This document shows, in pieces, positions 57,416 to 64,000 of a stretch of 64,000 nt of DNA. This stretch comes from an uncultured Gammaproteobacteria bacterium (GTDB lineage: Bacteria; Patescibacteriota; Microgenomatia; Levybacterales; UBA12049): contig CAZERI010000001.1 in assembly GCA_964515545.1 (NCBI GenBank), positions 269,553 through 333,552 on the forward strand, given 5' to 3'. The position numbers and the translations under genes are program-made. Numbering within the stretch: the first letter of the stretch is position 1; each line of letters starts with the position of its first letter. The notes under the pieces are model-generated. The model was not told the origin of the DNA, did no database searches, and saw only the letters and a program-made list of their open reading frames with translations.

Positions 57416-58273
57416 ATGAAAAATATTACACTTGAAGAATTACTCGAGGCAGGTAGCCATTTTGGACACCAGGTAACCCGCCAAAACCCCAAAGCACGCG
57501 ACTATATTTTTGAAGCTCGCGATAATGTCCACATCATTGATTTAGCCAAAACAAAAGAAGGATTAGATGAAGCTGCTGATTTTGTTAAAGAATTAGCTCA
57601 GAAGGGTGGCAGCATGATCATCCTGGGAGCAAAACGTCAGGCAGAACCTGTTGTACGCGAACAAGCTAACAAGGCTAAAGACGCAGGAATCGATGGACTT
57701 TACTTTGTAAGTAACCGCTGGATTGGCGGAATCCTCACTAATTTCTCAGAAGTAAGTAAAAATTTCAAAAGATTGAAAGATCTGACTAAATTCATGGATA
57801 CTCCAGCAGATAAAGCCAGTTTTACTAAAAAGGAAATTTCCCTAATGGAAAAGGAACGAGCTAAGCTGGAGAGTTTTTACTGGGGAGTTCAGGATATGAC
57901 AAAAGTTCCGGAAGCAGTCTTTATTATAGATACTCACTTAGAAGATTTAGCAGTAAGGGAAGCAATTGCAACTCATATCAAGACAGTTGGTATTACGGAT
58001 ACCAATGCTGATCCTACGATTATCGACTACCCAATTCCAGCTAATGATGATGCTGTCGGGTCAGTTCAGCTTATCGTATCTCACATAGTAGACGCGTTTA
58101 TTGAAGGACGAAAAAATGCTGGCAAAGAAGAGGTAAAGGAAGAAAAATCTCCTGCAAAAGAAGGGAAAGAGGCTAAAAAAGAGTCCGAAAAGACTGAAGA
58201 GAAGCCAGTTGAGAAAAAAGCTCAGGATAAAACTGAAAAATTAGTAAAGAAAAAAGCGAAAACGAGCAAATAG
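57416..58273 (+). CDS. rpsB: 30S ribosomal protein S2 with Lys/Glu-rich C-terminal extension
   Basis: N-terminus reads LEELLEAGSHFGHQVTRQNPK. Start chosen at MKNITLEE (AAGGA RBS upstream); an alternative ATG lies at 57395. Confidence 0.85.
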   Translation: MKNITLEELLEAGSHFGHQVTRQNPKARDYIFEARDNVHIIDLAKTKEGLDEAADFVKELAQKGGSMIILGAKRQAEPVVREQANKAKDAGIDGLYFVSNRWIGGILTNFSEVSKNFKRLKDLTKFMDTPADKASFTKKEISLMEKERAKLESFYWGVQDMTKVPEAVFIIDTHLEDLAVREAIATHIKTVGITDTNADPTIIDYPIPANDDAVGSVQLIVSHIVDAFIEGRKNAGKEEVKEEKSPAKEGKEAKKESEKTEEKPVEKKAQDKTEKLVKKKAKTSK

Positions 58274-58348
58274 CGTATGGCTTATAGCTGATGGGATTCC
58301 CATATAGCGGAGTGAGCAATAGGCTATATGCCATAAGCAACAACATAT

Positions 58349-58804
58349 ATGGTAAACGCAAATATTGATCTTCTAAAAAAACTCCGTAATGAATCCAGTG
58401 CAAGTATTGCTGATTGTCGTCTCGCGCTTGAGGAAAATGATAATAACTACGATAAAGCTGTCGAATGGCTTAAAAAAAGAGGGCTAGAGAAAGCTGAGAA
58501 AAAATCAGACCGCGAGACACATCAGGGAATCGTTGAAGCCTATATCCACAATGGCGGTAAAGTAGGAAGTCTTATCGTCCTTCTTTGCGAGACAGATTTC
58601 GTTGCTCGTACAGATGAATTCAAAAATTTAGCTAGAGAAATCGGGATGCAGGTCGCAGCTATGAACCCTGAATCTGTAGAAGCGTTATTAAAGCAGGAGT
58701 ATATCAGAGATAGTTCCCAGACGATTGAAAGCCTTATTAAAAGTGTTATAGGTAAGTTGGGAGAGAATATCACACTCAAAGAATTTAAACGCTTTGAAAT
58801 TTAG
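58349..58804 (+). CDS. tsf: Elongation factor Ts (short form)
   Basis: The N-terminal UBA-like segment is LKKLRNESSASIADCRLALEENDNNYDKAVEWLKKRG. A single dimerisation/core domain follows, 151 aa. Confidence 0.75.
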   Translation: MVNANIDLLKKLRNESSASIADCRLALEENDNNYDKAVEWLKKRGLEKAEKKSDRETHQGIVEAYIHNGGKVGSLIVLLCETDFVARTDEFKNLAREIGMQVAAMNPESVEALLKQEYIRDSSQTIESLIKSVIGKLGENITLKEFKRFEI

Positions 58805-58829
58805 TCACTCTTTTAGGTATACTTAACGC

Positions 58830-59387
58830 ATGGATACCATTAGTCAGCTCCACGAGCAGCTACAAAAAATCATTGATCTCATTAAGACAGATATCGGTAC
58901 TATCCGAACTGGGCGAGCAGCTCCAGCTCTTGTTGAAAATCTTCAGGTTGTCACATATGGCGGATCTACTAAACTCCGTATTCTTGAGTTAGCAACTGTT
59001 GTCGCATCTGATTCTCAGACACTTGTTATCACTCCTTTTGATCAAGCGACACGTGATGATATTAGAAAAGGTATTATGGATTCAGGCAGTGGACTTAACC
59101 CATCTGATGACGGGCATGTACTTCGTATCACTATTCCACCACTTTCTAAAGAGAGACGTGAGGAACTTATTAAGATGATGAATCATAAGTTGGAGAATGG
59201 AAGAATCATGGTAAGACAAGCTCGCCATGAAGCAATGGCCACTAGTAAAAAACAGCTCGAAGGTAAAGAAATATCAGAAGATGATCTTACTCGTTTTGAG
59301 AAAGAGATCCAAAAAATTGTTGATGAGACGATTGAGGCAATCGATTCTATGGGTAAGCAGAAAGAAGCCGAACTTCTTCAAATCTAA
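58830..59387 (+). CDS. frr: Ribosome recycling factor
   Basis: 185 aa. LQVVTYGGSTKLRILELATVV...ITIPPLSKERREELIK is collinear with bacterial RRF. Confidence 0.9.
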   Translation: MDTISQLHEQLQKIIDLIKTDIGTIRTGRAAPALVENLQVVTYGGSTKLRILELATVVASDSQTLVITPFDQATRDDIRKGIMDSGSGLNPSDDGHVLRITIPPLSKERREELIKMMNHKLENGRIMVRQARHEAMATSKKQLEGKEISEDDLTRFEKEIQKIVDETIEAIDSMGKQKEAELLQI

Positions 59388-59399
59388 TAACTCACTTTC

Positions 59400-60578
59400 A
59401 TGATACTTACAGCTTTAGTTTTTCTTATTATTTTAAGTGTATTAGTTCTCATTCATGAGTTAGGACACTTTCTCGTTGCTAAGAAACTTAATATTAAAGT
59501 CGAGGAATTCGGATTTGGTCTTCCTCCAAGAATCGCTGGTATAAAAAGAGGAGAAACTCTCTACTCAATTAATTGGCTCCCTATTGGCGGATTTGTCAAA
59601 ATGTATGGAGAAGATGAAGCTGGATCAGGAAAAATTTCTTCCAAAACTTCGGGTAAGTTAGCTAAAGGCCAGAATCTAAAAAGAGCTTTCTTTGCCAGGT
59701 CCGTAGGTCAGAGAGCAGCAGTAGTCGTTGCTGGAGTAGTCATGAATACTCTTTTGGCAATCATTATTTTTTATGCGTTTATTTTTCTGTCAGGTTTTCG
59801 GACAGAGTTACCGCTTCTTAGTAATCATCATTTTTTTGGTGTAAATCAGACTGTCAAAACTGAAATTACCATTGATAGTGTAGAAAAAAATTCTCCTGCG
59901 TCTCAGGCAGGAATTGTGCCAGGGGCACGTGTGATAGCAGTTAATAATAACAAAGTATCAGACATTGAGAGTTTTACCGCCCAAATAAAAAAGAATGCCG
60001 GTAGAAAAGTGAGTATTTCCTATATAGATCCAACATCCAGAAAAGCTAGTGTTAAGACAGTAGTTCCTCGCAGCAACCCTCCTAAAGGTCAAGGAGCATT
60101 AGGAGTCAGCCTCTTTGGTATGCGTACAGCAATTCTTACCTATGAGACACCGGTGCAAAAAGCATTCTCGGGGATTACCCATCCTGCAAATTTGCTTGTA
60201 TATAATTTTGAGATTATAGGGCAGTTGGTGAGAGCTTCCATCAAAGAACATACGGCAGCACCGTTGAGTGAGGGAGTTTCGGGACCTGTTGGGATTTATT
60301 CTATTGTTGGAACAATTGTCCAGATTCCTGATATGAAAGAAAGGCTTCTTGAGTTGCTAAATTTAGCTGGAATTTTATCAATATCTTTGGCGTTCTTTAA
60401 TATCCTGCCTATCCCAGCACTCGATGGAGGAAGGTTCTTTTTTATTCTTATAGAAGGAATATTTAGAAAGAAAGTTGATCCGAAATATGAAGCAGCTGCT
60501 CATACTGTGGGTATGGCAATCCTTTTAGCACTTATCCTGCTTGTTACTTTCAAAGATATCTTCCAGTTTATCCTCTAA
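59400..60578 (+). CDS. rseP: RseP-type site-2 protease (M50 with PDZ domain)
   Basis: HELGHF (HExxH) in TM1, a central PDZ domain (VVAGVVMN...GARVIAVNNNKV) and a C-terminal LDG motif (PIPALDGGRFFFIL). Confidence 0.85.
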   Translation: MILTALVFLIILSVLVLIHELGHFLVAKKLNIKVEEFGFGLPPRIAGIKRGETLYSINWLPIGGFVKMYGEDEAGSGKISSKTSGKLAKGQNLKRAFFARSVGQRAAVVVAGVVMNTLLAIIIFYAFIFLSGFRTELPLLSNHHFFGVNQTVKTEITIDSVEKNSPASQAGIVPGARVIAVNNNKVSDIESFTAQIKKNAGRKVSISYIDPTSRKASVKTVVPRSNPPKGQGALGVSLFGMRTAILTYETPVQKAFSGITHPANLLVYNFEIIGQLVRASIKEHTAAPLSEGVSGPVGIYSIVGTIVQIPDMKERLLELLNLAGILSISLAFFNILPIPALDGGRFFFILIEGIFRKKVDPKYEAAAHTVGMAILLALILLVTFKDIFQFIL

Positions 60579-60730
60579 TATCTCGAGACAAAACTACGTT
60601 TTTTCTCGACAAGCCTTTGAAATGAATTCGATCTTACTCTGCGAGAACGGCTCCGCTTTTCTTCCCTCTGAATACAATTTTAAATAAGCTTCCCCTTGTC
60701 TTTCTTTTCCTTACCTTCTATACTCCAACT

Positions 60731-61882
60731 ATGGCTGAAGAAAAATTACAGAGACTTCCAGACCCACTTGAGCTTGTTAAAGAAGCGTGGATTATTTATA
60801 AGAAAAGCTTTTGGACTGTTGTCGGTATCGGAATACTAGCAATTGTCGGGATGGTTTTGTTATTTTTACTTGCTGGAATTTTAGGACTGGTTGGATATTT
60901 TGGGCTTGGAGCTAAAATAAATCCAGGATTCTTCGGATTGGTAGGGATACTTGTCATAGTAGTAGCAGTTGGCGGTATCGCATTATCCAGTTGGTCAAAT
61001 GCAGCTATTTTTCTCGCTATTAGTAAGTGGAAAGAAGATAGAAAAATCAGTGAGAATATCAAAGATGCTAAACCTTTTATAGTACCGTTTTTCTTAACGT
61101 CTCTCTTAGCTGGTCTATTATCTATCGGAGCATTCCTTTTATTTATTGTCCCTGCTTTTGTTTTTGGTATTTGGTTTTCAATGTGGAAATTTATTCTTGT
61201 TACAGAGGGGAAATCTGGACTTTCAGCGCTTCATACCAGTCGTGAATACGTAAGAGGCAGATTCTGGAGTGTCGTGTGGCGAGTAATTGCTGTCCATTTA
61301 CCGGTAATTATTTTGGGTATGCTTTTTGCTAAAGGGGGAGAAGGAGATGCTACGGGTCCGATTAATGGTGTTTATCAGATTATCTCATTACTCCTGATCC
61401 CTTTTTATATGATGTACGATTTTGTCCTCTTTACCCATTTGAAAAAAACCGCTGGAGCTGTCACTAAAAATATTCCATCAAGAAGTAAGCTACTTTATCT
61501 GCTAGTCCCTCTCGCTGGGTATATCATAGTTATCATAAGTGGAGTACTCGTAGTTCCTACGCTGCTTAAAATGTTTTCTTCATTGAGTTCAGGTATTCCA
61601 GGAAGTGAAACAGTGCTTCCAGTTGGTAAAAATACAGTGAAGCCAGGTACAGCAATAGTGTATGGGCTGACTAATTACTATCTCACCAATAAGAAATTTC
61701 CAGACACTCTTGAGGTATTAACAACAACTCATATCTTAACAAGTGTTCCAGTTGAGCCTACTACGGGATTACCTTACCGATACTCTGTATTGAAGGATGG
61801 ACAGGATTTCAAGCTTTGTACCCCTACCTCAATTAAGCCGGAAAAATGTATTACGACTGAGTCTCAGAATTTTGATCTCTAA
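60731..61882 (+). CDS. Hypothetical polytopic membrane protein with a soluble C-terminal domain
   Basis: About 6 TM helices in the N-terminal 260 aa. The C-terminal ~110 aa includes a pseudopilin-like PTTGLPYRY segment. Unassigned. Confidence 0.4.
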   Translation: MAEEKLQRLPDPLELVKEAWIIYKKSFWTVVGIGILAIVGMVLLFLLAGILGLVGYFGLGAKINPGFFGLVGILVIVVAVGGIALSSWSNAAIFLAISKWKEDRKISENIKDAKPFIVPFFLTSLLAGLLSIGAFLLFIVPAFVFGIWFSMWKFILVTEGKSGLSALHTSREYVRGRFWSVVWRVIAVHLPVIILGMLFAKGGEGDATGPINGVYQIISLLLIPFYMMYDFVLFTHLKKTAGAVTKNIPSRSKLLYLLVPLAGYIIVIISGVLVVPTLLKMFSSLSSGIPGSETVLPVGKNTVKPGTAIVYGLTNYYLTNKKFPDTLEVLTTTHILTSVPVEPTTGLPYRYSVLKDGQDFKLCTPTSIKPEKCITTESQNFDL

Positions 61883-61928
61883 TACTTGAGGAACCCTCCC
61901 AATTCTGCTATATATAAGTGACTCTTCT

Positions 61929-62717
61929 ATGTATGATTTAGTTCGTTTACTGCACGAGAAACAATTCGTCACCTACCAAAAGGAAGGAATTAATATAGCG
62001 CAAGTCTCGACAATGTATGATGGTTTTCGTACCGCTCGTGAACTCCTTTATGATCTCGTTGATAAGACAACTGTTTTGTATCTCTCAGGAGGTCGGACTC
62101 CCAAAGATCTTTATGAAAACCTAGCCAACGATAAAAAAATTATGTCTGGGGCAGTAGCACTCATCGATGAGCGGTATGGAATCAAAGGACATAACACCAG
62201 TAATGAAAAAATGATTGAAGAGAGTGGTCTCCTTCCGTACTTTAGGGAAAATGGTGTACCATTTTATCCCATTCTTCAGGAAAATCAATTAGGACTTCAA
62301 GAGACAGCAGATAATTATGATATGACGCTTCGTTACCTTTTTGCTGGTTTTCAAAAACGAGTGGGTATACTGGGTATTGGGCTTGATGGGCATACTGCAG
62401 GCATCGCAGGTAATAGACAAAACTCTGCTGAATTTTCAGTTCAGGATTTTCATAATAGGATGTTTGATGATGATCAGAAAAATATGCTTGCATCATCGTA
62501 TGCAGATCTTCAGGGAATGTTCAAAGAACGTGTCAGTATGACATTTTTAGGTCTTTCTATGATTGATATCTTTATTGTCTTGGTTTTTGGTGAGGATAAA
62601 AAAGATGCACTTACTAAAGTTTTTTCAGAGGGCAGTGAAGAGGAAATCCCGGGGAGATTTTTCAAAAGACCTGAAATTGCTAGAAGAACACTTCTTATTA
62701 CAGATCAGAAGGTCTAA
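61929..62717 (+). CDS. pgl: 6-phosphogluconolactonase (NagB/RpiA/CoA-transferase-like fold)
   Basis: VLYLSGGRTPKDLYE and ILGIGLDGHTAGI are the 6PGL/NagB signature motifs. The gene lies upstream of zwf. Confidence 0.7.
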   Translation: MYDLVRLLHEKQFVTYQKEGINIAQVSTMYDGFRTARELLYDLVDKTTVLYLSGGRTPKDLYENLANDKKIMSGAVALIDERYGIKGHNTSNEKMIEESGLLPYFRENGVPFYPILQENQLGLQETADNYDMTLRYLFAGFQKRVGILGIGLDGHTAGIAGNRQNSAEFSVQDFHNRMFDDDQKNMLASSYADLQGMFKERVSMTFLGLSMIDIFIVLVFGEDKKDALTKVFSEGSEEEIPGRFFKRPEIARRTLLITDQKV

Positions 62718-62719
62718 CT

Positions 62720-63025
62720 ATGACAGAGATACCCCGTGCTTTTTCTCATGAACCAGTTTCTATCTTTGCAAATAAAGAAAGGCAACTAAAAGAAGAAATA
62801 GAAAGGACTACGACGGATTTTACTTCTGTTGTGAATTCACTAACAGCAATTCATGGTATAGAAGCTGGCCAGCATGCTGTCTCTTTCTTAAGCGGTTATG
62901 TCAGCTTGCTTTCACATTTGTCGTCTCTTCCTGGAGATATAAATATCAGAGACATAATGTCAGGAATTGCTGCAAATATGGAGCATGAAGTAGAAGACAC
63001 TCTGACAGTGTACACAGAGGAATAG
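62720..63025 (+). CDS. Hypothetical small protein (101 aa) between pgl and zwf
   Basis: The ORF is 4-nt spaced from pgl and no motif was recognised. Confidence 0.35.
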   Translation: MTEIPRAFSHEPVSIFANKERQLKEEIERTTTDFTSVVNSLTAIHGIEAGQHAVSFLSGYVSLLSHLSSLPGDINIRDIMSGIAANMEHEVEDTLTVYTEE

Positions 63026-63081
63026 TAACTGATAGGTAACTAATGTACATACTTTCTAAAATAGAGTAGTATTGATAAAAG

Positions 63082-64000
63082 ATGGAAATGATAATGTCTC
63101 CTTTTGTCCTCGTTATTTTTGGTGCAACCGGTGATCTGACTAACGTCAAATTAATGCCTTCTCTTTTTAATCTTTTCAAACAAGGAATACTGCCTCATGA
63201 TTTTTTTATTTTTGGTTTTTCAAGACGGGATATCAATGATTCAGAATTTTATGATCTTTTCTCCAAATACTCCGATGATCCATTATGGTCTGATTTTACT
63301 CAGCACCTTCACTATCAAGCAGGGAAATTTGAAGAAGAAGAAGGGTACGAAGAATTAATCCAAAAGCTGGCTAAGATTGATGAGAAAATGGGTGCCTGCG
63401 TAACAAGGTTATTTTATTTGGCTACGCCTCCTAACAATTATGAGGAAATTCTGGATAAACTTAACTCTACGAAGTTAGCAGAAGGATGTGGACAGGGGAG
63501 TAATAAATGGACCAAAATTATCATTGAAAAACCTTTTGGGAGGGATCTAGAGACAGCAATGCATCTTGATCAAAAATTAGCAGAAATTTTTGAAGAGAGA
63601 CAGATTTTTCGAGTCGATCATTATCTAGGTAAAGAAAATGTCCAGAATATGATTGCTTTTAGATTTGCTAATAGTATTTTTGATCCTGTCTGGAATAGTG
63701 AATATGTAGATCATGTACAAATAACATTTTCAGAAAAAGAAGGAGTTGGGAAAAGAGGAAAGTTTTTTGATGGGGTAGGTATTTTACGGGATGTCGGACA
63801 AAATCATCTCATGCAGTTAGTAGCAGCAGTTGCTATGGATCAGCCGAAGTCCTTTACCAAAGAAGATGTGAGGGATGCCAGAGCAGCAGCTATACAATCT
63901 ATTAAGATTATCCAGCCTGAGATGGTTGCTGCTAATGTAATCCGCGCTCAATATAGGAGCTATAAAGAGGAGAAAAATATTGATCCCTCATCAAAAACTG
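63082..64000 (+). CDS. zwf: Glucose-6-phosphate 1-dehydrogenase (3'-truncated by window edge)
   Basis: VIFGATGDLTNVKLMPSLFNL is the NADP-binding motif and RVDHYLGKE is the active-site motif. The ORF runs off the end of the window. Start may be 63082, 63088 or 63094. Confidence 0.85.
   Translation, partial: MEMIMSPFVLVIFGATGDLTNVKLMPSLFNLFKQGILPHDFFIFGFSRRDINDSEFYDLFSKYSDDPLWSDFTQHLHYQAGKFEEEEGYEELIQKLAKIDEKMGACVTRLFYLATPPNNYEEILDKLNSTKLAEGCGQGSNKWTKIIIEKPFGRDLETAMHLDQKLAEIFEERQIFRVDHYLGKENVQNMIAFRFANSIFDPVWNSEYVDHVQITFSEKEGVGKRGKFFDGVGILRDVGQNHLMQLVAAVAMDQPKSFTKEDVRDARAAAIQSIKIIQPEMVAANVIRAQYRSYKEEKNIDPSSKT

Overview
This is a low-GC (~38%) bacterial window with compact, mostly co-directional housekeeping genes. 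Its gene content and some hallmarks suggest a Candidate Phyla Radiation (Patescibacteria-like) genome, which is an inference. The hallmarks are a compact unlinked 16S rRNA gene with a divergent 515F primer site, absence of pyrH between tsf and frr, and a large TPR-fused O-antigen-ligase-like protein.

Recognisable housekeeping content:
- def-fmt and rpmB.
- A rod-shape and cell-wall block: mreB, mreC, mreD, a PBP2 (mrdA), dprA and topA.
- A family-4 uracil-DNA glycosylase and a SpoU-type RNA methyltransferase.
- A 16S rRNA followed by tRNA-Cys(GCA) and tRNA-Ile(GAT), with no 23S.
- A Mur-ligase/FolC pair.
- A tightly packed thymidylate-cycle cluster: dcd, tmk, a second Dcd-like gene, an HD 5'-nucleotidase, thyA and folA, with glyA nearby.
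- rpsB-tsf-frr-rseP, and pgl plus zwf (truncated at the window edge).

Accessory content of most interest:
1. A four-gene minus-strand block at 28.6-37.1 kb. Three large secreted modular paralogs combine a vWA domain or Cna-B/carboxypeptidase-regulatory-like arrays with Pro/Thr linkers. All three share a conserved ~190-aa C-terminal module ending in two dockerin-type Ca-binding repeats. The block ends with a small membrane-anchored beta-domain protein that is a candidate cohesin-like partner.
2. A ~1.85 kb island at ~60% GC (48.1-49.96 kb) carrying two secreted-protein genes, one Sec-type and one with a Tat signal. It has its own GC-rich terminators and a palindromic operator-like region, and is either recent HGT or an assembly chimera.
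3. Three paralogous Cys/His-rich secreted proteins with invariant CYHG, HGxGHG and CYxGVFME motifs, next to a sulfatase and an arylsulfotransferase-like propeller.
4. A FemAB/GNAT-like gene, an unknown 442-aa protein and an Asp/Glu racemase, which may form a D-amino-acid cell-wall decoration module.

Several tRNA features at the window start include a duplicated tRNA 5'-half carrying a 40-nt insertion. No CRISPR array, transposase or integrase was seen.
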